A stretch of DNA of 64,000 nucleotides from an uncultured Acidobacteriota bacterium (lineage in GTDB: Bacteria > Acidobacteriota > Vicinamibacteria > Vicinamibacterales > UBA2999). Position 1 is the first letter of the stretch. Each line of letters opens with the position of its first letter. A model generated the notes under the pieces. That model searched no databases, was not told the DNA's origin, and saw only the letters and a program-made list of their open reading frames with translations. Location: NCBI GenBank assembly GCA_963729975.1, contig CAVSPI010000001.1:2766625-2830624 (forward strand), written 5' to 3'. A program made the position numbers and the translations under genes. Positions 8,430-18,323 of the stretch are shown here, piece after piece.

Positions 8430-10057
8430 TACGAAGACTCCTGCCGGATCCAGCGGTCGACAAAGGACACGCGCGACGGCCGCGCGTATGGGGCAATCAA
8501 ATGCGAGACGATTGGTGGGTTCGGCCCGACGTGGAACGCGCGCGCACGCGTTTCCACATCGCGATCGCCCATCGTCACACGCGCGTGCTGACGCAGGTGC
8601 TCTTCCCACGATTCGACGAGGAACGTCTCGAAGAACCGCGTGCCGTCCGCCAGGTCCTGGAACATACCCCAGGCCTCGGCGCCGTCGCGCAACCGGATCT
8701 TGCGCACCTGCTCGACCGCTTCGAGGAAGGCTGCCACCGATTCGGCGGCGATGCGGTATTCGACGGTGACGAGCACCGGGCCGTCACGCGGGCCAGGTGT
8801 CAGGATCGTCTCCGGCGTCGTCCAGTGCATCGACGGCGTGAGATCGACGCCTTCGCCGGCGCCAATCGGAAACCAGCGCGTGAGGACGAGCGTACTGGCG
8901 AGCCCCGCCGCGGCAGCCAGGAGCGAGACGTTGAGCGACAGTTGCTCGGCGACGACACCCCAGACCACGCTGCCTGCCGCCATCGATCCCTGGAACACCA
9001 GCAGGTATGTCGAGAGCGCGCGCGCCTTCACCCACGACGGCGCCGTCAGCTGCACCGACACGTTGAAGCTGGACATGATGCCAATCCAGCCCATCCCGCC
9101 AAAGAACAGCGTCACCGCCACCACCGGCAGCGACGTCGTCGTCGCGCAAAGTGCGGTGACGCTGGCAAAGATGATGGTAGAGAGGCGAACGATGCCTTCG
9201 CCGCCGATGCGCGGACGGATACGCGGCAGGCCCACCGAGCTCACCACGGCGCCAGCGCCGATGCAGCCAAGCAGCAGGCCGTAGCCGGCCGAGCCGAGAC
9301 CAAACCGCGTGCGCGCGATGACCGGCAGCAGCGCCCACAGCGCGGTGCCGAACATCATGCAGGCGCCGACACGTACCAGAACGGCGCGCAACGGACCGGC
9401 GTGACGGACGTAGCGGAGCCCCGCGCGCATCGCGCCGGCGAGCCGCTCCGACGGCATGACGTCACGCCGCGGCGGCGACTGCCAGCGCGCCACGACGAAC
9501 AGGATGCCGAGGAAGGACGCGGCATTGACGAGAAACGCCGCGCCGGCGCCAAAGGCGCCGACGAGCACGCCGCCCAGCGCAGGTCCGACGGCGCGCGCGA
9601 CGTTGAAGCTGGCGGAGTTCAGAGCGACGGCCGCCGGAAGCTGCTCGCGGCCAACCACCTCGGGCACCACGGCCTGCCAGGTCGGTGCATTCACCGCCGC
9701 ACCGAGCCCGAGCGCGAAGGTGAGTGCCAGCAGCAGGAGCGGCGTCACCACGCCGGACAGCGTCACCACGCCCAGCAGCGCCGCCGCGACGCACATCCAC
9801 GTCTGCATCACGAGTAGCAGCCGCCGTCGATCGACGATGTCGGCAAGGGCGCCGCCCGGGATGGCGATCAGGAAGACCGGGAGGCTCGTCGCCGTCTGCA
9901 CGAGCGCGATCACCGTGGCCGATTCGGTGAGCGACGTCATCAGCCACGCCGCGGCGACGTTCTGCATCCAGGTGCCGACGTTCGATCCGAGTTGCCCCAG
10001 CCAGAGCGCGCGGAACAGTGGATTGCGCAGCGGGGATCCCGGGTCGACGCTCGCCAC
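8429..10057 (-). CDS. MFS transporter (MFS_3 / enterobactin-exporter-like, 12 TM) with a ~110 aa cytoplasmic C-terminal extension.
   Basis: Hydrophobic repeats throughout, e.g. LFRALWLGQLGSNVGTWMQNVAAAWLM, LPVFLIAIPGGALADIVDRRRLLLVMQ, SFNVARAVGPALGGVLVGAFGAGAAFLVNAASF. Confidence 0.85.
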   Translation of the reverse strand: MASVDPGSPLRNPLFRALWLGQLGSNVGTWMQNVAAAWLMTSLTESATVIALVQTATSLPVFLIAIPGGALADIVDRRRLLLVMQTWMCVAAALLGVVTLSGVVTPLLLLALTFALGLGAAVNAPTWQAVVPEVVGREQLPAAVALNSASFNVARAVGPALGGVLVGAFGAGAAFLVNAASFLGILFVVARWQSPPRRDVMPSERLAGAMRAGLRYVRHAGPLRAVLVRVGACMMFGTALWALLPVIARTRFGLGSAGYGLLLGCIGAGAVVSSVGLPRIRPRIGGEGIVRLSTIIFASVTALCATTTSLPVVAVTLFFGGMGWIGIMSSFNVSVQLTAPSWVKARALSTYLLVFQGSMAAGSVVWGVVAEQLSLNVSLLAAAAGLASTLVLTRWFPIGAGEGVDLTPSMHWTTPETILTPGPRDGPVLVTVEYRIAAESVAAFLEAVEQVRKIRLRDGAEAWGMFQDLADGTRFFETFLVESWEEHLRQHARVTMGDRDVETRARAFHVGPNPPIVSHLIAPYARPSRVSFVDRWIRQESS

Positions 10058-10069
10058 TCGGGTCGGGCC

Positions 10070-11038
10070 TCAGGGCGCCGGCGGGACGGAGCGGCCGCTC
10101 GTGCGGGTGAGAGGCGGCAGTGCCGCCTCGATGCGCGCACGCTGCGGCTCGAGCCACTCGGGCAGCATCAGCCGCTCGCCGAGCTGCTCGAGCGGCTCGT
10201 CGAAGGCAAAGCCCGGCGGGTCGGTCGCAATCTCGAAGAGCACGCCGCCCGGCTCGCGGAAGTAGATCGAGTGGAAGTAGCGGCGGTCCATGATCGGCGA
10301 GACGTTGTAGCCGCGCTCGACGAGCATCTGCTGCCAGGCGCTCTGCTGCTGGTCGTCCGGCGTGCGAAAGGCGATGTGGTGCACCGTGCCGGCGCCGAGG
10401 CGGCCGGGCCGGCTGTCGGGCGTGCAGAGGATGTCCACAATCGCGGCCGGCCCGCTGCCGGCGGAGAACCGGTAGCGGTTCACCTCGTGGCCGACGAGCG
10501 TGAATCCCATCGTGCCGGTCAGGAGCGAGGCGGTCTTCTCGTACCCTTCCTCGGACAGCGTCGCGCTGTGGAAGCCGCAGACCGCATGCTCTGCCGGCAC
10601 GTCACTACGCGACCAGGCGCGCCGCGGATCCGCGGCAGCCGTACCGATGATCTCGAGCGACATGCCGTCGGGATCGAGACAGCGGAGCACGCGCTCGCCG
10701 AAGCGCGTCCCGGCATCCATCGGATAGGCCCCGTGCCCGCCAAGGCGTGCCTGCCAGAAGTCGATCGACGCCGGCGGCACGGCAAACGCCGTGCTCGACA
10801 CCTGGCTGCTGCCAATGACGCCGCGCGGGATGCCGGGCCAGGGAAAGAACGTGAGGACCGATCCAGGCAAGCCTTCGTCGTTGCCGAAGTAGAGGTGGTA
10901 GCTGCCCGGGTCGTCGAAGTTGATCGTCAGCTTGACCAGCCGCAGGCCGAGCACCTGCGTATAGAACTCGAGGTTGGGCTGCGGGTCGCTCGCGATCGCC
11001 GTGACGTGATGAATGCCGGAAATGGTGGGCATCGACAT
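10070..11038 (-). CDS. Ring-cleaving dioxygenase of the VOC / glyoxalase superfamily (YfiE/MhqO-like, two VOC modules).
   Basis: Start MSMPTISGIHHVTAIASDPQPNLEFYTQVLGLRLVKLTINFDDPGSYHLYFGNDEGLPGSVLTFFPW..., with a second module GTVHHIAFRTPDDQQQSAWQQMLVERGYNVSPIMDRRYFHSIYFREPGGVLFEIATD. The first 73 aa of the track ORF are non-protein-like. Confidence 0.8.
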   Translation of the reverse strand: MSMPTISGIHHVTAIASDPQPNLEFYTQVLGLRLVKLTINFDDPGSYHLYFGNDEGLPGSVLTFFPWPGIPRGVIGSSQVSSTAFAVPPASIDFWQARLGGHGAYPMDAGTRFGERVLRCLDPDGMSLEIIGTAAADPRRAWSRSDVPAEHAVCGFHSATLSEEGYEKTASLLTGTMGFTLVGHEVNRYRFSAGSGPAAIVDILCTPDSRPGRLGAGTVHHIAFRTPDDQQQSAWQQMLVERGYNVSPIMDRRYFHSIYFREPGGVLFEIATDPPGFAFDEPLEQLGERLMLPEWLEPQRARIEAALPPLTRTSGRSVPPAP

Positions 11039-11160
11039 GGGATCCGCCGTCAGTGGCCTGGCCGATCGTTGCGCGGGGATCGTACCACGTTGACGCGGGT
11101 CACAACGCGGCGCGGCTGTCGCGTGAGGAGGCCGGTTTGAGGGGCGGCCTGCGTGTAAAG

Positions 11161-11222
11161 CTGCCCGGTCCGAAAGGACCGGCCCTAACCGAAGCTGCCC
11201 GGTCCGAAAGGACCGGCCGCCC
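11161..11222. repeat. REP-like element: two tandem copies of CTGCCCGGTCCGAAAGGACCGGCC (hairpin GGTCC-GAAA-GGACC) between convergent genes.
   Basis: Direct inspection. The same hairpin family recurs at least 8 more times in the window. Confidence 0.8.
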
Positions 11223-11231
11223 GAATGTCGA

Positions 11232-12176
11232 TCAACTCCCCGGGTTCGGCCTCGCAATGCGCATCAGGCTCGGCGCGTCGAGCCGCGGTCCGTTGTACGC
11301 GGGCACATCGCCGAAGCGGCGATGCGCTTCCCAATCAGCGCGCGCCTCGGCGATCTCTTCCGGCGTGCGGGCGACGAAGTTCCACCACATCAGGATGGTC
11401 TCGGGAAACGGCGGACCGCCGAGCAGCAGCACGCGCGCGCCGGCAGCGCTGGCGAACGACGCCGCGGTCCGCTGCGTGCCGAGGTAATACAGCACGCGCT
11501 CCTCGAGCGGCTGCCCTTCGAACGTGCACCGGCCTTCGAGAACGAGGACTGCGTGCTCGAATGCCGCATCGAGCGGCATCGACAGTTCCCGCCCGCCGTA
11601 AATGCGCAGATCGACGCCGAGCAGCGGCGAGAAGTGGCCGGCCGCCGAACGCGCACCTTCGAGTCCACCGGCAAACACCTGCACCAGGCCGCCGGGTGAT
11701 TCGATGACCGGCACCTCGTCCAGATGCTGAAACGCCGCCGCCATGCCGCGCTGCGCGTCGGGCAGCGCCACCCAGATCTGCAGGCCGCTCAGCCGTCCGC
11801 TGTGCGCGCGCGGCGTCGTCTCGGCGTGCGCGATGCCGGCGCCGGCGGTCATCACGTTGACGCCGCCAGGACGCAGCACGGACTGGCAGCCGAGGCTGTC
11901 GTCGTGCGCCACTTCGCCGTCGAGCAGCCAGGTCACCGTCTGCAGGCCGATGTGCGGATGCGGCGCGACGTCCATCGGGCGCCCCTCGGAGAACGTCAGT
12001 GGCCCGTAGCGATCGAGAAAACACCAGGGACCGACGAGCCGTCGATCGCGCACCGGCAGGGCGCGCACAACCGCCAGATCGCCGAGCGCCACCTCGCGGC
12101 TGGGATAGGACTCGAACCGCCGCTGATCAGCTCCCAATGCCACGCATGCTTCGGCAGACACCGTCGGTCGACTCAT
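11232..12176 (-). CDS. Pirin-family protein (bicupin; quercetin 2,3-dioxygenase-like).
   Basis: MSRPTVS...LAVVRALPVRDRRLVGPWCFLDRYGP...MDVAPHPHIGLQTVTWLLDGEVAHDDSLG...GGVNVMTAGAGIAHAETTP...LQIWVALP. ATG confirmed at 12174-12176. The upstream 310 codons of the 625-aa track ORF are non-protein-like. Confidence 0.85.
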   Translation of the reverse strand: MSRPTVSAEACVALGADQRRFESYPSREVALGDLAVVRALPVRDRRLVGPWCFLDRYGPLTFSEGRPMDVAPHPHIGLQTVTWLLDGEVAHDDSLGCQSVLRPGGVNVMTAGAGIAHAETTPRAHSGRLSGLQIWVALPDAQRGMAAAFQHLDEVPVIESPGGLVQVFAGGLEGARSAAGHFSPLLGVDLRIYGGRELSMPLDAAFEHAVLVLEGRCTFEGQPLEERVLYYLGTQRTAASFASAAGARVLLLGGPPFPETILMWWNFVARTPEEIAEARADWEAHRRFGDVPAYNGPRLDAPSLMRIARPNPGS

Positions 12177-12254
12177 CGGTCTACGCTCCTCCTCGATCCT
12201 AGTGCACGGGAACGAATCACGGCTGCCGGTGTCGGATGCTCCCAGGAGGACCCC

Positions 12255-13085
12255 ATGCGTCGTGCGATCGCCGTCGTCGCGCTCCTGGTGCTGCTGCCCG
12301 CGCTGTCCGCCGCGCAGGTGACGCGCAACGAGCCTGGTCCCACGGAACGGCGTGCGAATGCCGTGACCCCCGAGAACCCGATTCCGCGGCGCACGCTCGG
12401 CGTTACCCCTGCGTATCCAGCCGAGGCGGCGGTCATCGACGCCAACGGACGCGTGCAGGTGCGCGTAACGCTGGACGGCCTCGGCCGTGTGGCCGAGGCG
12501 CGGCCGCTCAGTGCCTTCCCGCTCGTCTTCCCCGGCCAGCCGGCCACACCGGACGCGCTGCGCGCCGCGGCCGAAGCGCTTGTCAGATCTGCCGTCGACG
12601 CCGTGCGGCAATGGCAATACGAGTCTCCGGCGCAGCCGCCGATCGCCTTCACGGTCACCATCGACTTCACCCCGGCTGAGGAACCGACGCTCGTCTCGCA
12701 GGACGGTTCCCCACTTCCAGACCCGCGCGCGTGGGACCGCGACCGTCGGATCACGAGACCCGCTAAAGACCCATCGTACGTGCGCAACTGGGCACCAGGC
12801 ACGCTCCGCGTCGGCGACGACGTGCAGCAGCCGAGACGACTCGTGAATGTCGCGCCGGTCTACCCGCAGGGCGCACAGGAGCGGGGCATTCAAGGGCTGG
12901 TGATTGTCGACGCACGCGCCGACTCCACCGGACAGGTCGTCGAGGTGCGCCTGGTGCGCTCGATACCGCTGCTCGACGCGGCGGCGATCGAGGCGGTCCG
13001 GCAGTGGCGCTTCGAGCCGACCATCGTCGACGGCCAGGCGGTGCCGGTGGTGATGACGCTGGCCATCAACTTCAGTCTTCCGTGA
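12255..13085 (+). CDS. Secreted TonB C-terminal-domain protein with two TonB_C-like modules.
   Basis: AGGAGGA RBS at 12244-12250 precedes ATG 12255. Signal peptide MRRAIAVVALLVLLPALSAAQV. Two copies of the TonB-C motif are present (...PAYPAEAAVIDANGRVQVRVTLDGLGRVAEARPL... and ...VAPVYPQGAQERGIQGLVIVDARADSTGQVVEVRLVRSIPLLDAAAIEAVRQWRFEP). Confidence 0.75.
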   Translation: MRRAIAVVALLVLLPALSAAQVTRNEPGPTERRANAVTPENPIPRRTLGVTPAYPAEAAVIDANGRVQVRVTLDGLGRVAEARPLSAFPLVFPGQPATPDALRAAAEALVRSAVDAVRQWQYESPAQPPIAFTVTIDFTPAEEPTLVSQDGSPLPDPRAWDRDRRITRPAKDPSYVRNWAPGTLRVGDDVQQPRRLVNVAPVYPQGAQERGIQGLVIVDARADSTGQVVEVRLVRSIPLLDAAAIEAVRQWRFEPTIVDGQAVPVVMTLAINFSLP

Positions 13086-13161
13086 TCGCACGCATGCGCC
13101 GCCACTCACGCCTCAACCGAGTGCGCCAGCTACAATCCGCCGCATCCACACACATCCTTTC

Positions 13162-13587
13162 GTGCATCGACAGGGGTTCGCCAGCCGCTGGACGTGGGTG
13201 GCGATGCTGGCGCTGGCAGTTGGACTGGCGCTCCGCGTCGGACAGTTCCTCGCCCGTCCATCGCTCTGGGTGGATGAAGCGGCGGTCGCGCGGAACATCC
13301 TCGATCGCGACCTCGCGGGCCTGCTGTCTTCACCACTGGACTACGGCCAGGTCGCACCGCCCGGCTTTCTGCTGCTCGTCGAGTTGTGCAGCCGGCTGTT
13401 CGGCGGCGGCGAATACAGCCTGCGCCTCGTCCCGCTCATCGCCGGCAGCGTATCGCTGTTCGTCTTTCACGCGCTCGCACGCCGCCACCTGTCGCCGCCA
13501 GGAACCGCCGTCGCCCTGCTGTTGTTCGCGGCCACGCCGCTCGTGCTCTTCTCGTCGAATCTGAAGCCGTACGCCTACGAGGCGTAG
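13162..13587 (+). pseudogene. N-terminal ~140 aa fragment of a GT39/ArnT-like membrane glycosyltransferase, truncated by TAG and followed directly by a REP hairpin.
   Basis: MHRQGFASRWTWVAMLALAVGLALRVGQFLARPSLWVDEAAVARNILDRDLAGLL...GFLLLVELCSRLFGGGEYSLRLVPLIAGSVSLFVFHALARRHL resembles the first 3-4 TM segments of 4-amino-4-deoxy-L-arabinose-transferase-like proteins. Full-length members are ~500 aa. Confidence 0.45.
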
Positions 13588-13632
13588 CTATGGCCGGTCG
13601 GACGGACGGGCTACGAGGTCGGGTAGCCGGCG

Positions 13633-13662
13633 GTAGGGCCGGTCCTTTTGGACCGGCCCTAC
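13633..13662. repeat. REP-like perfect palindrome GTAGGGCCGGTCC-TTTT-GGACCGGCCCTAC.
   Basis: Direct inspection. It lies between a convergent gene fragment and alkB. Confidence 0.8.
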
Positions 13663-13669
13663 CGAGCTG

Positions 13670-14329
13670 TCAGTACTGCCGGAACGTCAGGTTGAAGCGG
13701 CCTTGCATCGCCAACGCCGGCGGCGCCGTCCCGGAAACGATGCGCGAGACGCCGTGGTAGCGCAACCGCGCCGGTCCGCCGAATACGAAGACGTCGCCCG
13801 ACTCCAGCCACACGCTCTCCACCGGATCACGGCGGCGCAGGCCGCCGAAGAGAAAGCGCGCAGTGTCGCCGAGCGAGATCGAGACGACCGGCCATCCGGC
13901 ACGGATCGACTCGACCCCTTCATCCTTGTCCTGATGCAGGCCCATGCGGCCGTCAGCGTCGTAGAAGTTGATCACGGCGATGTCAGGATGCAGCGCGAAC
14001 CCCGCACTCGCGGCAAGGTCCGCCGCCATCGCCACCCAGGCGTCGGGCACCGCGGCCACGGGCGCGTTGTCGTAGTCGGCGCGCGTCGCCTCGTAGGTGT
14101 AGGTGCGCGCGTTCCAGTGGCGGCCCAGGCAGGTCATGCGGACACGCATCGTGCCGCCGCCGCGGACGGTCGGCACGTAACCGCCCGCGGGGCCGTCCAT
14201 GATCGCGCGGCTGCGCGCCACCAGCGCGGTCTGCTCGTCGGCCGACAGCCAGGACCTGAGCCAGACGGCGCCAGGTCCCATCTCCACCCGCTCGCGGGGC
14301 CGCTCGAGGCCGGCCAGCAGCGACGCCAT
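13670..14329 (-). CDS. alkB: Alpha-ketoglutarate/Fe(II)-dependent dioxygenase AlkB (DNA/RNA alkylation repair).
   Basis: MASLLAGLERPRERVEMGPGAVWLRSWLSADEQTALV...INFYDADGRMGLHQDKDEGV...PVVSISLGDTARFLF...ESGDVFVFGGPARLRYHGV carries the HxD...H 2OG-Fe motifs. ATG at 14329 has AGGA 4 nt upstream. The track ORF begins 7 codons earlier at a TTG. Confidence 0.85.
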   Translation of the reverse strand: MASLLAGLERPRERVEMGPGAVWLRSWLSADEQTALVARSRAIMDGPAGGYVPTVRGGGTMRVRMTCLGRHWNARTYTYEATRADYDNAPVAAVPDAWVAMAADLAASAGFALHPDIAVINFYDADGRMGLHQDKDEGVESIRAGWPVVSISLGDTARFLFGGLRRRDPVESVWLESGDVFVFGGPARLRYHGVSRIVSGTAPPALAMQGRFNLTFRQY

Positions 14330-14353
14330 CGTTCCTGCGCTCGAGGACAACCG

Positions 14354-15583
14354 CTACCGCGCGGGCTCGAGCGTGAGCAGCGCCCCGTCATCCTCGTCGG
14401 TGAGGACATAGAGCAGTCCATCGGGTCCCTGACGGACGTTGCGGATGCGCTGCCGTAGATCCACGAAGAACGCTTCGCGCCGGACTTCCTCCCAGTTCTC
14501 GTTGAAGACGATGCGATGCATCTGCCCGGTGCCGGGGATGCGGCCAAACTGCAGTCCGCCGACGAACAGGTTGTTCTTCCACGCCGGGAAGCGATCGCCG
14601 GTGTAGAACGTCATGCCGGAAATTGCGATGGAGGGCGTCCACACCAGCACCGGGTCCTCGAATCCCTGCTTCATCGTCTCCGCCGAGACGCGCGCGCCGC
14701 TGTACTGCCGACCGTAGCTGACAATCGGCCAGCCGTAGTTGCCGCCGGCCTTGAGGATGTTGACCTCGTCGCCGCCGAGCGGGCCGTTCTCGTTCTGCCA
14801 CACCGCCCCGGTCGCCGGATGGATGGTCATGCCGAGCATGTTGCGGTGACCGAGCGAGTAAATCTCTGGCTTGTGGCCGGCGCGGCCGACAAACGGGTTG
14901 TCTGGCGGGACGCTGCCGTCGTCGCGGAAGCGCAGGATCTTGCCGAAATGGCTGTTCGGGTTCTGCGCGACTTCGTCGTTGGCGCCGCCGACAGCCATGT
15001 AGAGAAGGCCGTCCCGGCCGAACGTCAGGCCCATGCCGGCTGCCGGGCCGCCGCCCACGGCATCGGCCACGAACAGCTCCTTCACGTCCACCAGCGTCAT
15101 GCCATCGAGACGGCCGCGCAGCAGTGCTGATGTATGTGCCTTCTCACCAACCGACTTGGTGAAACTCATGTAGACGAGCCGCGTCTCGGCAAAGCGCGGA
15201 TGCAGCGCAATGTCCATGAGGCCGCCCAGCGAGGCGTTGTGGACCGCGGGGATGCCGGCGATCGGCGTGGGATCGAGGACACCCTTGCGCATGATGCGCA
15301 GCCGGCCTGGCCGCTCGGTGATGAGCATGTTGCCGTCCGGCATGAACGCCAGACTCCACGGATGCGACAGGCCCTTCGTCACCGTGACGCGCACCGGCCC
15401 CTGCTCGGCGGTGTCGATGCTGAAGGGGCTGTTCGGCAGCGGCTTCGCCGGCATCGCCGGCGCTGGCGGCGGAGCGGCACCTTGCCCGCGTGCCTGGCCG
15501 GACAGCGGCGCAGTGACGGCGACCAGCGCGGCCGCGAGTGTCAGGCCGGACAGCGTGCCACGACGAGATGAGAACATAGACAT
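14354..15583 (-). CDS. Soluble PQQ-dependent sugar (glucose/sorbosone) dehydrogenase, beta-propeller, secreted.
   Basis: ATG at 15583 with GGAG upstream. Signal peptide MSMFSSRRGTLSGLTLAAALVAVTAPLSGQA. GLSHPWSLAFMPDGNMLITERPGRLR...IYSLGHRNMLGMTIHPATGAVWQNENGPLGGDEVNILKAGGNYGWP is typical of the GSDH family. Confidence 0.85.
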   Translation of the reverse strand: MSMFSSRRGTLSGLTLAAALVAVTAPLSGQARGQGAAPPPAPAMPAKPLPNSPFSIDTAEQGPVRVTVTKGLSHPWSLAFMPDGNMLITERPGRLRIMRKGVLDPTPIAGIPAVHNASLGGLMDIALHPRFAETRLVYMSFTKSVGEKAHTSALLRGRLDGMTLVDVKELFVADAVGGGPAAGMGLTFGRDGLLYMAVGGANDEVAQNPNSHFGKILRFRDDGSVPPDNPFVGRAGHKPEIYSLGHRNMLGMTIHPATGAVWQNENGPLGGDEVNILKAGGNYGWPIVSYGRQYSGARVSAETMKQGFEDPVLVWTPSIAISGMTFYTGDRFPAWKNNLFVGGLQFGRIPGTGQMHRIVFNENWEEVRREAFFVDLRQRIRNVRQGPDGLLYVLTDEDDGALLTLEPAR

Positions 15584-15635
15584 CAGGAAGGCTCCAGGAT
15601 GAATACCGCAGTCGGTCGCAGGCTGGGCGGCGCCC

Positions 15636-17155
15636 TCAGCGGCGACGCGACCCGCCGACGATACCACCGAGCAGTCCGCGCAAGATCTGCCGGCCGACCT
15701 GGGTGCCGACGGTGCGCGCCGCCTGCTTGGCCATCGTTTCCATCATGCCCTGCCGCCGGCCCGTACCCCACAGGAAGTCGTTGATGGCGCTGCCCGACTC
15801 GGGCTTTCCTTTCGGCGCTGCGGCCGCCGGTGCGGCGGGGACCGGCGCCGCCGGAACGGGCGGCGGCGCGGTGGCGCGGCGGGCCAGCATCTCGTAGGCC
15901 GACTCGCGGTTGACCGCGGTGTCGTACTTGCGCGCCGACCGGACTGCGCGCACGCACCGCCGCGCGCTCCTCGGCCGTGATCGCACCCATGCGGCAGCGC
16001 GGCGGGCGCGATCAGCGTCCGCTCGACCGGCATCGGCACGCCCTTGTCCTGCAGCGTCGACACCAGCGCCTCGCCGACGCCCAGCTTCGAGATCGCCGCC
16101 GCGACGTCGAGCCTCGGATTCGGCGACGAAGGTCTCGGCGGCCGACGCGCACCGCCTTCTGGTCGCGCGGCGTGTACGCGCGCAGCGCGTGCTGGATGCG
16201 GTTGCCGAGCTGGCCGCAGGATCTCGTCGGGCACGTCGTCGGGGAACTGCGAGCAGAAGTACACGCCCACGCCCTTCGAGCGGATCAGCCGCACCACCTG
16301 CTCGACGCGCTGCCGCAGCGCCGGCGGCGCGTCGTCGAACAGCAGGTGCGCTTCGTCGAAGATGAACACCAGCTTCGGCGTTGTCCAGGTCGCCGACTTC
16401 GGGCAGGTTCTCGAACAGTTCCGACAGCAGCCACAGCAGGAAGCTGGAATAGAGGCGCGGCTTCAGGATCAGCTGATCGGCGGCCAGGACGTTGATGACG
16501 CCGCGGCCGCTCGAGGTCGGTGCGCATGCAGGTCGGCCAGCTCCAGCGCCGGCTCGCCGAAGAAGCGGTCGCCGCCGCTCGCGCTCGAGCGACAGCAGCG
16601 CGCGCTGGATGGCGCCGATCGACTGCGCGCTGACCAGACCGTAGCTCGTCGAGATCTCCTTGCGCGTGTCGGCGACGCAGGCCGAGCAGCGCGCGCAGGT
16701 CGTCCAGGTCGAGCAGCAGCAGGCCGTGGTCGTCGGCCAGCTTGAACGCGATGTCGAGCACGCCGGTCTGCGTGTCGTTCAGCTCGAGGATGCGCGCCAG
16801 CAGCGTCGGGCCCGATCTCGCTGACCGTGGTGCGCACCGGGTGGCCCGGCTTGCCGTACAGGTCCCAGAAGACCACCGGGCTCGGCTCGTGGCGCGTAGC
16901 CGTCGAGCCCGATGCTGTGCGACGCCGCTGCGGCATCGCGTCGTTGCACGTGCCCGGCACGGCCAGTCCGGCGACGTCGCCCTTCACGTCGGCCATGAAC
17001 ACCGGCACGCCCATGCGCGAGAAACCTTCGGCCAGCATCATCAGCGAGACGGTCTTGCCGGTCCCGGTGGCGCCGGCGACCAGCCCGTGGCGGTTGCCAT
17101 ACTTTCCGAGCAGCACGACCGGCTGCTCGCCTTTCCCGATCGTTATCGATGTCAC
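15636..17155 (-). pseudogene. HerA-like ATPase (DUF853, E. coli YjgR family) broken into at least 4 frame segments.
   Basis: In order 5'>3' on the minus strand: 16469..17155 [65 protein letters not shown] (Walker A); 16285..16761 [26 protein letters not shown]; 15743..16369 [51 protein letters not shown] (Walker B DEAH); 15636..15986 ...GMMETMAKQAARTVGTQVGRQILRGLLGGIVGG (YjgR C-terminus). All four segments are in different frames. Confidence 0.75.
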
Positions 17156-17745
17156 CCTTGACTCCGCCCTGTATCGACGGCAGGCAGTCTGAGCTCGCCG
17201 TCGTCATCAGGCCAACCTTCGTAGACGATGTGATCCACGTCACCGAACTGGACGATACGGCCCGGCACGAACCCGAGCCGTTCGGCGACGCGCCGGGACC
17301 GCCCGTTGTCCGCCTGGATCAGCGAGACGACGTGGTCGTAGCGCCATTTCCTGAATGCCGCGTCGCGAACAGCCGTCGCCGCCTGCGTGGCATAGCCGCG
17401 TCCCCAGTACGGCCGATGCAGCAGCCAGCCGACCTCGGCATGTGCCGTCCCTTCGATGACCTGCGTCGCCAGGCCGATCTGACCGACGGGCGTGCCGGTT
17501 GCCCGCTCGGCCGCGAGCCAGAGTCCGTGGCCGTCGCGGCGGTAGCGATCCAGCTGACGGCCAATCCACTCCTCGCACTCCGTGCGGGAGTAGCGATGCC
17601 CGTAGAAGTGCGTCACGTCGGCATCGGCCATCATGACGGCCACGAAGTTCAGGTCGTCGAGCGTCATCTCGCGCAGCAGCAGCTGCTCCGTCTCGAGCAC
17701 GACGCGAGGCAGCCGGTCTGGCACCGTCAGGGCGTTTGCATGCAT
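17152..17745 (-). CDS. GNAT N-acetyltransferase (RimJ/RimL-like, Acetyltransf_3).
   Basis: ...LLLREMTLDDLNFVAVMMADADVTHFYG...WIGRQLDRYRRDGHGLWLAAERATGTPVGQIGL...GWLLHRPYWGRGYATQAATAVRDAAF. ATG confirmed at 17743-17745. Confidence 0.8.
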   Translation of the reverse strand: MHANALTVPDRLPRVVLETEQLLLREMTLDDLNFVAVMMADADVTHFYGHRYSRTECEEWIGRQLDRYRRDGHGLWLAAERATGTPVGQIGLATQVIEGTAHAEVGWLLHRPYWGRGYATQAATAVRDAAFRKWRYDHVVSLIQADNGRSRRVAERLGFVPGRIVQFGDVDHIVYEGWPDDDGELRLPAVDTGRSQG

Positions 17746-17762
17746 GGTGAGAGGGAGGCGTA

Positions 17763-18317
17763 ATGTCGCGTACTACTGCGCTCGGAGTCGTGCTGATCAT
17801 AGCCGTGAGCGGTGCCGCCTGCGACCGGCCGCAGGTGGCCCCGGTCGACGATGTGGGGGGAGCCCCGGTTGCAGAGGTGGGACCGGTCGCCTGGCGCGTG
17901 AGCGAACGCGGCGCCGGCCCCATCCTCGCAGGCATGACGATCGTGGAATCCGAACGGGCGGCGGCCACCGCGCTGACGTTGCCCGATGCGACGAGCGAGT
18001 GCATCTATGCCCGCGTGCCCTCCGGACCGGATGGCCTGCTCTTCATGGTCGTGTCCGGCCGCATCGCCCGCGTCGACGTGACCGCAGCGGGCGTGCCGAC
18101 CGAAGGCGGCATCGTGGTTGGCGACAGCGAAGCCCGGGTGCGCGAGGTCTACGGCGAGCGGGTCACCTCGACGCCGCACAAGTACACCGATGGCCACTAC
18201 CTGATGGTGGCATCCGGCGCCGGCCACCGGCTCGTCTTCGAGACCGATGGGCAGCGGGTCACGCGCTATCGCGGCGGCCGGATGCCGGAAGTCGAGTGGG
18301 TGGAGGGCTGTTCGTAG
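17763..18317 (+). CDS. Hypothetical lipoprotein.
   Basis: MSRTTALGVVLIIAVSGAAC has signal-peptide plus lipobox-like features. A compact 184-aa ORF in a tight gene array. No family signature was recognised. Confidence 0.55.
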   Translation: MSRTTALGVVLIIAVSGAACDRPQVAPVDDVGGAPVAEVGPVAWRVSERGAGPILAGMTIVESERAAATALTLPDATSECIYARVPSGPDGLLFMVVSGRIARVDVTAAGVPTEGGIVVGDSEARVREVYGERVTSTPHKYTDGHYLMVASGAGHRLVFETDGQRVTRYRGGRMPEVEWVEGCS

Positions 18318-18323
18318 GACGAC

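Noticed and set aside
6900-11140. Long plus-strand ORFs (6900..8345, 8384..9817, 9992..11140)
   Set aside because: All are antisense to the strongly supported regulator, esterase, MFS and dioxygenase genes, and have low-complexity Arg/Ala-rich translations.
11232-13109. 625-aa minus-strand ORF as one gene
   Set aside because: Only the C-terminal 315 codons (pirin) are protein-like and begin at a verified ATG. The upstream 310 codons are antisense to the TonB-domain gene.
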